A stretch of 64,000 nucleotides of DNA. It comes from a virus. Where the stretch lies: the IMG/VR virus record IMGVR_UViG_3300027852_000036, one strand, 5' to 3'. Within the stretch, counting starts at the first letter, position 1, and every line of letters begins with the position of its first letter. Below are positions 9,988 through 18,492 of this stretch, in pieces. The notes beneath the pieces were generated by a model. It was not told the origin of the DNA and ran no database searches. It saw only the letters and a program-made list of their open reading frames with translations. The position numbers and the translations under genes are program-made.

Positions 9988-11913
9988 TTAGGAACCGTCT
10001 GCGTCATACTGACCATTGATAACACCAACATCAGCAATAACTTGTGCAAAACCTACTCGCTGAGTAGTTACAATAGTACGTGCCTGTGTAGGTACGTCAT
10101 ACTGGCTCTGCAGTGTTACACCACGCTGACGTGGAACCATGAAGTTAGTCTTATCAACTAAGATTCCGAACACGCTGTCATTAGCAACGGCAGGGAAAGA
10201 GTTAGTTACGACAACTTCGATACCGTGCAAGTAGCCAACAACACCTGTGAGAGCGTGAGCGCGCGCGCCTACTTTCTCAAGTGACTCAAACAAGGGATCA
10301 AGCATCAGATCGTAGTAAGCATCCAAGTTAACCAACATTACAAGGTTGTTTAAACGTAAACCACGTGGGCCCATCTTCTCTCGCATAGGAACTAAGTCCT
10401 CAGAAAGAATTCGAACAGTAGGACTACCAGCAATCTTAGCTACATTGTGAATTGCAGCAGCGCCTGTAGCAGTTGCACGTGTAATAAGACCAGTAGGCTC
10501 GTTAGAAGCACCGGAACCATTAAGAATACCTGCGTCTAAAGCACTAGCTTGACCTTCGATTATACTATCACGCAACAAAGGAAGGACAGCAAGAATTACG
10601 TCTTCGTCAGTCTCATCTACCAAGATAGCCTTAGAAACGAGCTTGTTAGTAGTAAGGGTGACTTCAGTCATTGCTGTATCAATTGCAACACCTGTAGTAG
10701 CAGAAGTACCGTAAGTACCAGCACCTACCCAAGCTGAATCAATGCGATCTGGACGAATCGGCAATGACAACTGCGCAGTATTCATCTTAATTTCGCGGAA
10801 CATAGGAGCCATAACCAACATGTCCTGAACATCACGCTCGATGTTAGAAGACAGAGTAGTTTCAAACTCTTCGTTAGGCATATCGTAGCCAGAAGCTGTA
10901 TTAAGTTTCTCTAGAACTTCACGACCAAACTTAGTATCACCTACTTGCTTGTTCAGAATCATAGAAGTTAAAGCTGCATCTTCGATATCGCTAGCAAATT
11001 CTTTGCTTACGTCAGAAGCTTCAGAGCCATGAAATGTACGCTTGGCTTTCTGAAGAGCAACGATTTCTTCGCTCTTTTCTTTAAGCTGTTCGGTGAGCTG
11101 TGATACAGACTCGTTGAAGCTAGCAACGTCGGTAGCACGCTTCTCTTCGAGACTCTTAACCAGTTCAGCAGCACCTGATTCAACCATACCAGCAACCTTA
11201 GCTGCAAGTTCGGCTTCTTTAGCGGCTTTCTCAGCAGCTTCAGCTTCAGCAGCTAAGCGAGCTGTCTCTGCGTCTTTAATACCTTTAGCTACCTGAGCAG
11301 CAATCTCTTTTTCCAGATCTTTAGGATCCATAACGTAATCTTCCTCTATATTAAGTTTGGTAGGCTCTTCGGAACCTGGGAGTTGTTTGAACTGATTTTT
11401 GAAACTAGCGATATCAGCGCTTCCGTCGTAAGACTTAGACACCGAAAACACACTATCTTGGTTGCAAGGAACAGATACTACTGATACTTCATGTAGCTCT
11501 ACTTCTTTGATTAGGAAAATTCCCGTACCTTCGTCATATGTAGCATCCTTAAGTCTGAATCCTACGGAGAAAGCTTGGAGAATACCTTCCTTTATAAGGT
11601 TATAAACGTTTCCAGCAGCCTTAGAGATCTCAGCGGTTATTTCTAACCCTTTACTACTTACTTCGTATGAGACCATCTTGCCGATGGGTTGTGAGTGATC
11701 ATGGTAGGCTAGGATAATTGGGTTCTTTAAGTAATTATCTAAGGCTTCGCCTTTCCAGGCATCCTCTATAATTATATCGCCAGACCTGTCTAATGTAGTG
11801 CAGTTGGCAAACCCCCTAATCACTAAGCTTTCGTTATCTCCTTCGGCTTTCACCTCCAAAGACTTTATCCCGGTTGCGAGATATACTTTATCGTCTTTAT
11901 GCACTAGTATCAT
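9988..11913 (-). CDS. Prohead protease (HK97 S78 family) fused in frame to the HK97-fold major capsid protein
   Basis: N-terminal DRSGD, YHDHSQPIG, AFSVGF, EVSVVSVPCN protease motifs, then a coiled-coil scaffold and capsid body. Likely true start is GTG 11904 (GGAGG 9 nt upstream); internal ATG at 11331 has a GAGGA RBS. Confidence 0.9.
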   Translation of the reverse strand: MILVHKDDKVYLATGIKSLEVKAEGDNESLVIRGFANCTTLDRSGDIIIEDAWKGEALDNYLKNPIILAYHDHSQPIGKMVSYEVSSKGLEITAEISKAAGNVYNLIKEGILQAFSVGFRLKDATYDEGTGIFLIKEVELHEVSVVSVPCNQDSVFSVSKSYDGSADIASFKNQFKQLPGSEEPTKLNIEEDYVMDPKDLEKEIAAQVAKGIKDAETARLAAEAEAAEKAAKEAELAAKVAGMVESGAAELVKSLEEKRATDVASFNESVSQLTEQLKEKSEEIVALQKAKRTFHGSEASDVSKEFASDIEDAALTSMILNKQVGDTKFGREVLEKLNTASGYDMPNEEFETTLSSNIERDVQDMLVMAPMFREIKMNTAQLSLPIRPDRIDSAWVGAGTYGTSATTGVAIDTAMTEVTLTTNKLVSKAILVDETDEDVILAVLPLLRDSIIEGQASALDAGILNGSGASNEPTGLITRATATGAAAIHNVAKIAGSPTVRILSEDLVPMREKMGPRGLRLNNLVMLVNLDAYYDLMLDPLFESLEKVGARAHALTGVVGYLHGIEVVVTNSFPAVANDSVFGILVDKTNFMVPRQRGVTLQSQYDVPTQARTIVTTQRVGFAQVIADVGVINGQYDADGS

Positions 11914-12430
11914 CCTCCGGAGAAGGTTTAGGTGCGGGTTCAGCTACTTTAGTAGCAGGCTTCGGCTTAGGATTCTTTGCAGCTTCCTCGGCCTTCTCAA
12001 AGTCTTCCAAAGCCTTAAAGGTCTTGGTAACTTCTTTCTTAGTACTATCTATAACAGCTTTGTGGGCTTCAACAGCGTCTTCGGCCATCTTAGCGGCGGC
12101 TAGTGCTGTAGATAGTTTATCTTCAAGCTTAGCAGCTTCTTTAGCGGCTCCTTTATCAGCTACAATAGCTAAACGTATGGCAGCCCGTAAAAAGCCAAAT
12201 ACTGATTTTCGTTTCTGTTTGCGAGATTTAACATCGCCTCGTTGCAGCATATGATGCTTAGAAGGGTCGCGACGGTACTCACCGTGCATCCTAGTCAACT
12301 CTCTGCAGAAGTTTTCGTAAGTTTGGTAGTGGTCTAGAACCTCACGCAACGTGTGCGGCGAGTCATCCTGACATCTACGAAATCGTGTTGCTGATAAAGA
12401 TACACGTCCGTCGTATCTAATACCGTCCAA
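11897..12430 (-). CDS. Hypothetical head-region protein with Ala/Lys/Glu-rich helical C-terminus; start uncertain
   Basis: Between portal and protease (the T5 decoration-gene position). The frame is open upstream of TTG 12430; a possible ATC start is at 12484. Confidence 0.6.
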   Translation of the reverse strand: MDGIRYDGRVSLSATRFRRCQDDSPHTLREVLDHYQTYENFCRELTRMHGEYRRDPSKHHMLQRGDVKSRKQKRKSVFGFLRAAIRLAIVADKGAAKEAAKLEDKLSTALAAAKMAEDAVEAHKAVIDSTKKEVTKTFKALEDFEKAEEAAKNPKPKPATKVAEPAPKPSPEDDTSA

Positions 12431-12462
12431 GTCGAAGACAAATTTAAATAAGTCTTCTAAGT

Positions 12463-13683
12463 CTAATTCTCTTCGTTGTCCGATGGGGGAGCTCCTCCTT
12501 CTTGTCCCGACACTCCAGTAGCAGAACCTGCTACGTTCGCCGGTATTCTTATTTTATCCAGTAAGGGTTCATCATCTAAAGGCGCTAAGCGCAGTTTAGC
12601 TCGTGCTTCGGCCCCTAGCATTAACCCATTGTTAGTCAGTGCAGTATAGTACTGCGCCTCATCTGCTAACTCAGGACGCAAGGCAGCCACATCGAAGTAG
12701 TTAGCAGCTATGTCGTAGCCAAAGAAGGCTTCCAACGCAGCAACAAACTTATCCAATATAGGCATAACAGTGTTTAGGTAAAATAGCTTCAGGTTAGGCG
12801 CTAGATTAGCGTTATTTCCTGAGTCTAGTAGAATAGGTGGGACGCCTATAGCTTTCAAGATGCGATCTTCTGCTACCTTGGTACTATCTGCAAAGTCTAA
12901 CTCACGGAAGTTGCTGTTACTAAGTGGGCGTACCTTTAAGCCTCCATCTACGACTACAGGGGCTTGGCCACCTGATCTAGGATTGAATCGTCGACGCCAT
13001 GAAGCAGTCATACGATCTTTAAGTCGGTCACTTAGTACATCTTCTGTTTCTAGCACAATGCCCGGTACGGCACCGTTGTTAAAGAAGTTTTCTTGGAAAG
13101 ATAACATACTTCCTAGTATGTTGATGCTATCCTGTGCAGACTTTAATCTGGAATCGCCCCGGTACAGTGAATTAATCGAGTTATCTCTAACATGAATTAT
13201 CTCATCAGGTGAGTACTTTTCCTTATTTATTCTATAGTGGTCTACAAAAGTAGTTTTAGAAGCTACTATGGTAACATCGCAAGCGGGCAGGTGGTATAGG
13301 TAGCTACCATCGAAGTAGAGGAACAAATTACCTTCAACTAGGAAGTCCATCCACATGGATCGCCTAAAAGACGAAACATCCTGATACTTATTAGGCTGTG
13401 TGTTTAATATGTTGTGAATTCGCTTATTGCGTATGGTCGCTGGTGTCCCAATATCTAGGGAACTCTTTATATCGAAGTTAATTTGCGCTATTGCGTCAAT
13501 TAGTAAGTCCGTGCCTCTACGAACTACTTCTAACTTGTCATACGCTCGATTGTATCGAAGGGAGTACTTAGTGCTAGGCACTTCACTACCTGCGTTACTT
13601 TCGGCAATATACTGTTGGGAGGGGTTTAATTTTTCCTCCCGTTGGGAGTCTTGTAGATCTTTTATTCTGGAAAATATACTCAC
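12463..13683 (-). CDS. Portal protein (T5 pb7 / HK97-like)
   Basis: IIHVRDNS...YRGDSRL...FFNNGAVPGIVL...ILKAIGVPPILL; 406 aa; synteny. Confidence 0.92.
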   Translation of the reverse strand: MSIFSRIKDLQDSQREEKLNPSQQYIAESNAGSEVPSTKYSLRYNRAYDKLEVVRRGTDLLIDAIAQINFDIKSSLDIGTPATIRNKRIHNILNTQPNKYQDVSSFRRSMWMDFLVEGNLFLYFDGSYLYHLPACDVTIVASKTTFVDHYRINKEKYSPDEIIHVRDNSINSLYRGDSRLKSAQDSINILGSMLSFQENFFNNGAVPGIVLETEDVLSDRLKDRMTASWRRRFNPRSGGQAPVVVDGGLKVRPLSNSNFRELDFADSTKVAEDRILKAIGVPPILLDSGNNANLAPNLKLFYLNTVMPILDKFVAALEAFFGYDIAANYFDVAALRPELADEAQYYTALTNNGLMLGAEARAKLRLAPLDDEPLLDKIRIPANVAGSATGVSGQEGGAPPSDNEEN

Positions 13684-13698
13684 AGAGGCTCCTTAGGG

Positions 13699-14073
13699 TT
13701 AAGTATCGAGTTTACGCTCCCTCTGTCGTTCCACCCACCGAGCTTGTTTCTCTGCAGTGGATAGTTTAGGGCTTTTACCGTAAATCTTATGTAGTCTTGC
13801 ATGGTCTTTCTTGCACAAGGTGACACACTCGTGTATCAACTGTTGCGAATGCTCCTCAATAAAGGCTTCCCTGTGATCGAGAATGTCTTTCTTATTGAGT
13901 TTGTGATCCTTTACCCACTTGTTGTACATTTCAGCTACCGAGTGGTAGTGATGGAACTCTAATAACTCGTTAGTCGCGCAAATACGGCACTCCGTACCTT
14001 TCGGATACAAAGTCTTAACTGCGTCTCTTATGTATTTTACAGGGTCTCTTTTAAGGTCGGCCATGTCACTCAC
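13699..14073 (-). CDS. HNH-type nicking endonuclease of the packaging module
   Basis: CRIC...LEFHHYHS...VTLCKKDHARLHKIYG; lies between TerL and portal as in T5. Confidence 0.8.
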   Translation of the reverse strand: MSDMADLKRDPVKYIRDAVKTLYPKGTECRICATNELLEFHHYHSVAEMYNKWVKDHKLNKKDILDHREAFIEEHSQQLIHECVTLCKKDHARLHKIYGKSPKLSTAEKQARWVERQRERKLDT

Positions 14074-14081
14074 TAAAAACT

Positions 14082-14109
14082 ATTATACCTAGGGCGTTAA
14101 AATTGTCAA
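14082..14109 (-). promoter_or_regulatory. Sigma70-type late promoter
   Basis: Minus strand TTGACA-N16-TATAAT upstream of the HNH/portal genes. Confidence 0.75.
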
Positions 14110-14150
14110 TCTATTTTTAACCCCTAAGTTAGGTTGGAGGATTGTATGCA

Positions 14151-15461
14151 TCATCTAGCAACATACGTGTATAGTGCATATCTTAACGCATCAGCCATGT
14201 GCTGAGTGCCGTTGTGTAGTGGGCGCTCCTTAGTAAGGTTAGTTCTATCGTCCCAGCGGTACTGGTCAATAGTTTTCAACACTTCAGTACAGGAAACATC
14301 GACAATCAGGTTATTGTTGTCGATAATAGAAGTTACCTTGGCAATTCCGTCTAATTTAGATTTCTTCGCCTTACTAGTAGATATGTCGTATTCGTTAGCC
14401 CAGTCAAACCTAGTCTGTGCAGCAGCGGAGTCAATAAAGATCATATCGAGACCATACTCCATCTCCATACCTTTAATAACCTTAGCCTGCTCACTAGTAA
14501 GCATCTTATTATCTAGAAACTCACTAAACACAAAGTACTTACCGCTAGAAGGTTCGAAGCCGATCACAACGAAGGCTGTGGGGTCTTTAAAACCAATATC
14601 GATACCGGCTATAAAGTCCATAGCGCGCATTCTATTCTCATCTTCCTTAATTGAAGACAAGTCCTGAACACACAGTTCTGTATCCATATCCCAGATTCGT
14701 CCAGAAAAGGACATAAAATCAGCTAGGTACTCTTGCCGAAACTCAGCCCTAGACATAGACGCTTTAGCGTCGTCAATATCTTCCTTAGAAGCTCTAGGAT
14801 TCTCTTTATAGTCCGAGTGGATACTTACCCACTTAGGATACTTCTCAGGGTCAAACCCTCTATCGTAGAATGTTTTAAAGTAGTTGTGAACCCCTCGGGG
14901 AGTACTAATAAAGATAGCTTTAGAATTAGGGTTGTCCAGAGTAGGACGAAGCTGCAAATTAAACGCATCTTCACCAGCATCCGACAGAGCCGCTTCATCA
15001 AACAGAATAAAGTCATAGGATCTACCAACAACACTATCCGCTTGCGTAACCGACCCCATGCGTATGGTCGATTCGTTACAGAGCTCAATCTCCATATCTT
15101 TCGCATTATTCTTAACTACCTCAATGTCAAACTTCTTAAGCAGCGTTCGCTGCAAGGCCCAACTAATCTGTGTCAACCTATAGTTCGGAGACATCAATAG
15201 TACATGACTACCGGGCATTAAAGTAACCAACTGCGCTAGTATATTTGCTATATAAGTCTTACCAGTACGCCTAGATAAACAACCAACAACAAAACGATAC
15301 TGTGGATCGTTCAAAGCGTTAATTATAGCAATCTGCGGAGCTATCGGATCAATATCAATAGCCTCCAGGTAGTTCTGAACAGGCAGTTTAAAGAACCTAT
15401 CTTCTACAGGGAATTCCACTATCTCTTTAAAATTAAGTGAAGGCCTTGAAACTGTTAGCAT
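14151..15461 (-). CDS. terL: Terminase large subunit (T5-like)
   Basis: Walker A SRRTGKT, Walker B ILFDEAA, ISTPRG, nuclease GIDIGFKDP and HMADALRY. Confidence 0.95.
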   Translation of the reverse strand: MLTVSRPSLNFKEIVEFPVEDRFFKLPVQNYLEAIDIDPIAPQIAIINALNDPQYRFVVGCLSRRTGKTYIANILAQLVTLMPGSHVLLMSPNYRLTQISWALQRTLLKKFDIEVVKNNAKDMEIELCNESTIRMGSVTQADSVVGRSYDFILFDEAALSDAGEDAFNLQLRPTLDNPNSKAIFISTPRGVHNYFKTFYDRGFDPEKYPKWVSIHSDYKENPRASKEDIDDAKASMSRAEFRQEYLADFMSFSGRIWDMDTELCVQDLSSIKEDENRMRAMDFIAGIDIGFKDPTAFVVIGFEPSSGKYFVFSEFLDNKMLTSEQAKVIKGMEMEYGLDMIFIDSAAAQTRFDWANEYDISTSKAKKSKLDGIAKVTSIIDNNNLIVDVSCTEVLKTIDQYRWDDRTNLTKERPLHNGTQHMADALRYALYTYVAR

Positions 15462-16121
15462 TTATGAATCCCTCGCAATTATATAGTCCCGTACAAAATC
15501 GGAACGTGTAATGTCAGTAGGTTTAAAATCAAATCGAGAAATCAACCCGTTAGTAATACTCATAAACCGTCCAAGCCCAGAGTCTCCAATATCAGCCTGC
15601 GCATGATCACCAGCTAACAACAGCCTACTGTTGTAACCTAGCCTAGTCGCTACAGAGTCTAACTCCTGAAACGTCATATTCTCAGCCTCATCAACCACTA
15701 CAGCAGCATTATCTAAGGTAATACCACGTATGTAACTAGTAGGAATGAAAGCACTTCCCATCGATTTAAGAGTCTCCCAAGACTTGGAATGACCGAGCAA
15801 TTCAGATGCAATAGACACGTAGGGTAGTTCATAGACCTCCATCTTCTCTTCTAGCGATCCAGGCAAAAAGCCTATAGATCGTACAGGCACAGCAGACCGT
15901 ACAACAATAACTCTGTTAATAGGCGACTCAGAAGATAGCATAGACATAATAGCTAAATACATAGCTAGGTAAGTCTTACCAGTTCCAGCAGAACCTAGCA
16001 AAGCTACGTTACTTCCATTAACATAGCTCTCTATAACGGCTGCTTGTGTCTTATTGGCAGGGTTAACGTTGCATAAATCTAGCAGGTGATAACTCTTGGG
16101 TAATTTACGGGGACGGGCGAT
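15462..16121 (-). CDS. phoH: PhoH-family ATPase; extended upstream of the track's TTG to an ATC start
   Basis: GSAGTGKT, RSAVP...IGFLPGSLEEK, YIRGITLDNA, DEAEN, GDHAQAD, RSDFVRDYI. The frame is open to 16148; AAGGAG lies 8 nt before ATC at 16121, giving ARPRKLPKSYHLLDLCNVNPANKTQ. Confidence 0.88.
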   Translation of the reverse strand: MARPRKLPKSYHLLDLCNVNPANKTQAAVIESYVNGSNVALLGSAGTGKTYLAMYLAIMSMLSSESPINRVIVVRSAVPVRSIGFLPGSLEEKMEVYELPYVSIASELLGHSKSWETLKSMGSAFIPTSYIRGITLDNAAVVVDEAENMTFQELDSVATRLGYNSRLLLAGDHAQADIGDSGLGRFMSITNGLISRFDFKPTDITRSDFVRDYIIARDS

Positions 16122-16134
16122 AAGAAATTCTCCT

Positions 16135-16623
16135 TTAAGGCTTCTTAATTAACTTCTCTAGAAGGTTACCATAATTAGAACCTTCTATACTATTGTCCTG
16201 AATGTTGATTGTGTTTTGAATGATCTTGTTGCGTTCATCTTCAGCTTTCATTAGCTTTAACTGCATCTCTAGCTCATCTTTCCTAAACTTTGAAGCTAGA
16301 GCTAGTAATTCTGCAATATCTTTACTAGACGTGGTTTCTGCATCAGCCATCTCTTCCAGCTTATCCTCAATAACTTTATCTAGTGCTTTTCCTAGCGTAA
16401 ATCTATTTCTGTAGCCAACCTCTAGGAACATGGTGTCGATGTAGGCTCGTACTTCTCGTTTCTGAAGATACTCGGCTACAGTGTTCTCAGAGAGATCAAG
16501 ATGTTCTGCAGTATCTTTTATTGAAGCTGTGGTTAAGTAGCTTGTTGCGACTTCTAGCATCTCTGGAGATATCTGTACAGTCGCAGTTGGGTCGTTGTTA
16601 TCTGTTGGGACTATTGTATTCAT
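16135..16623 (-). CDS. terS: Terminase small subunit (T5-like)
   Basis: SPEMLEVATSYL...EVRAYIDTMFLEVGYRNR...LDKVIEDKLEEM...NYGNLLEKL; GGAGG RBS. Confidence 0.85.
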   Translation of the reverse strand: MNTIVPTDNNDPTATVQISPEMLEVATSYLTTASIKDTAEHLDLSENTVAEYLQKREVRAYIDTMFLEVGYRNRFTLGKALDKVIEDKLEEMADAETTSSKDIAELLALASKFRKDELEMQLKLMKAEDERNKIIQNTINIQDNSIEGSNYGNLLEKLIKKP

Positions 16624-16643
16624 GTTACCTCCAAGAAAGACTA

Positions 16644-16672
16644 AATATACTGTAGTTCTTCTTGCGGGTCAA
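16644..16672 (-). promoter_or_regulatory. Promoter for the terminase operon
   Basis: Minus strand TTGACC-N17-TATATT, about 20 nt before the TerS ATG. Confidence 0.6.
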
Positions 16673-16781
16673 GTTCTTTTTAACGAGAGTGGGCGTATGG
16701 GGAAAAGTATCAGGGTATTTCTATGGGTGGGGGGTTGGTATGGGGGTGGATTTTGGGGGAAGTTATAGTCTTCTCTTTTCT

Positions 16782-16851
16782 TTTGTTTCTAACTGTTTCT
16801 TTTGTTTCGAACTGTTTCTTTTGTTTCGAACTGTTTCTTTTGTTTCGAACT
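16782..16851. repeat. 19-bp tandem repeat TTTGTTTCGAACTGTTTCT, about 3.7 copies
   Basis: Units start at 16782 (variant), 16801, 16820 and 16839 (partial). Confidence 0.95.
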
Positions 16852-16895
16852 GGGTAGGGTAGCGTCAATTGGGTTTTGTATTGAATATTTTAAAA

Positions 16896-17116
16896 AGTTA
16901 CACATGGAGATGGGCGTGCCAGAAAGACGAGGTGCATAGTCTCGTAACCGACCGGCCTCTATGCACTTGGTGGAGGGAATTAGATGTTCACTCGTTCATG
17001 GTAGCGTCAAAAGCATTATGTGTCTCGTTTTTTGGGAGTTACACATGGGGATGGGCGTGCCAGAAAGACGAGGTGCATAGTCTCGTAACCCCCCGGCCCC
17101 TATGCACTTGGTGGAG
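16896..17116. repeat. Two 80-bp direct repeats (16896-16975 and 17037-17116), each with an internal GTGCATAG/CTATGCAC inverted repeat
   Basis: Four mismatches between copies; 141-bp period. Confidence 0.95.
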
Positions 17117-17147
17117 TGGCCAACTGCATAGGGCTTATGCCCTTAAA

Positions 17148-17282
17148 TCATTTCTTCGATTCCTTCATTATGCGATTCATTCTGTATACGTGTAGAGACA
17201 TGCTGGCGGAGCAGGCAATAGCCGTGATACTAAAAAGGCCTGTCGCGAAGCCCGTCCACAATAACAATAATTCACTACTCAT
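17148..17282 (-). CDS. Small hydrophobic protein (44 aa)
   Basis: Hand-translated MSSELLLLWTGFATGLFSITAIACSASMSLHVYRMNRIMKESKK; overlaps the upstream stop. Confidence 0.5.
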   Translation of the reverse strand: MSSELLLLWTGFATGLFSITAIACSASMSLHVYRMNRIMKESKK

Positions 17283-17406
17283 CGTCTGATCCCTTCTCGT
17301 CCTTAGAAACGTTTACTATGTCGTCGTTACTGTAGCCAAACTCGTTGTAAGGCCCCATTGGGGCGCTCTCCATGCTTGCGAGGTATTCCTGCATTTCGAT
17401 GCTCAT
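17275..17406 (-). CDS. Small acidic protein (43 aa)
   Basis: Hand-translated MSIEMQEYLASMESAPMGPYNEFGYSNDDIVNVSKDEKGSDDE; its ATG overlaps the upstream stop. Confidence 0.55.
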   Translation of the reverse strand: MSIEMQEYLASMESAPMGPYNEFGYSNDDIVNVSKDEKGSDDE

Positions 17407-17531
17407 TTGGTAGCCTCTTCTATAGCTTGTGCGCGTGAGTTTGTGTCATTCTGTATTTTGGCAGCAGTGTCTACGCCTATGAACTGAATGGCTAGGAGGG
17501 TGAGGGCTGTAAGGACTATAACTTTTAACAT
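17403..17531 (-). CDS. Small N-terminally hydrophobic protein, paralog of 21914-22060
   Basis: MLKVIVLTALTLLAIQFIGVDTAA...; GGAG RBS and a TTTACA/TATAAT promoter directly upstream. Confidence 0.65.
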   Translation of the reverse strand: MLKVIVLTALTLLAIQFIGVDTAAKIQNDTNSRAQAIEEATK

Positions 17532-17627
17532 GGTGTTTCTCCGTTTGTGTGTATTCATTATAGCAAAATATCCGATGTTGTAAAGACATTTTGCTATACC
17601 AAAACGGAATAATAACATTGTGTTATA

Positions 17628-17882
17628 TTACTTAGCTACTTTTAACAAGTTAAATTCACCCTCTGCAAAAAATACGCAGTCGCGGACAGTATCGCCATCT
17701 GCAGCTTCTAAATACCGGCACGCACGTTCAAGTAGATGCATAAAATTATATTTTCTAGCAGCCTCCGTCGCGAGGGCTTCCGTAGCGTACCAAGTGCGTT
17801 GTGGAGGCAAGATAACACTATCGTTAATCTTACATACCTCTACTGTCCTATCGTTTACTGCTTCGCTCAATATATATCTCAT
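17628..17882 (-). CDS. Hypothetical protein
   Basis: 84-aa ORF overlapping the upstream stop codon. Confidence 0.55.
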   Translation of the reverse strand: MRYILSEAVNDRTVEVCKINDSVILPPQRTWYATEALATEAARKYNFMHLLERACRYLEAADGDTVRDCVFFAEGEFNLLKVAK

Positions 17883-18304
17883 AATATCACCCTACTATAC
17901 CAGTTAAGAAAACTTGCCCTGCTAAGCTCTCCTAAAGAGAAGCCCCACGGCACACCGTGCTTTAAAAAGTATCTGATACGGCTCGCGGCCCCCTGTGGGG
18001 TATTGTCTACCGCTGCCCAATGATAACTAAACAGCCACTCTACCGTTGGTTCACCTGGCCGGGACTCTGCAAAATTCTTCTGACAGTACCTAGCCCAATC
18101 TATATCCCGAGTACCATCGTAATAACAATCAAGTACCGAGATACCAATATAAGGGCCGTGACCGATCGCACAAGCCACTGTCTGACATTCCGAATCAATC
18201 AAGCTATCTTCGTTATAGCTACCCATGTCGAAATTGGGATAGCAGGCTGGCAAAGATTCTAAGTACTTTGCTAGTCTCTTGAGGTTCTTACGTCGTTTGC
18301 TCAT
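17879..18304 (-). CDS. Family A hypothetical protein (CxTxACAxGHGP motif)
   Basis: NLKRLAKYLESLP...FDMGSY...CQTVACAIGHGPYIGI...WLFSYHWAAVDNTPQGAASRI; ATG 18304 with GAGG RBS and upstream promoter. Confidence 0.75.
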   Translation of the reverse strand: MSKRRKNLKRLAKYLESLPACYPNFDMGSYNEDSLIDSECQTVACAIGHGPYIGISVLDCYYDGTRDIDWARYCQKNFAESRPGEPTVEWLFSYHWAAVDNTPQGAASRIRYFLKHGVPWGFSLGELSRASFLNWYSRVIL

Positions 18305-18492
18305 AATATTGCCTCTGTATGTAGGGTGTAATAATATCAAAAGCACGGAAGAGTGCCAATACCTTTTAGTTATAAGAAATAAAATTCATAGGGCCTATGC
18401 ACTTCGACAAACGTAATTATGCTTTCCAGACGTAAAAAACGCATAGGCCCTCACAGACCTATGCGTTTGTTGTATGCGTTTGTTGTATGCAG

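Noticed and set aside
16662-17195. Plus-strand ORFs across the repeats
   Set aside because: Their translation only mirrors the DNA repeats; there are no RBSs, and the region reads better as regulatory or terminal DNA.
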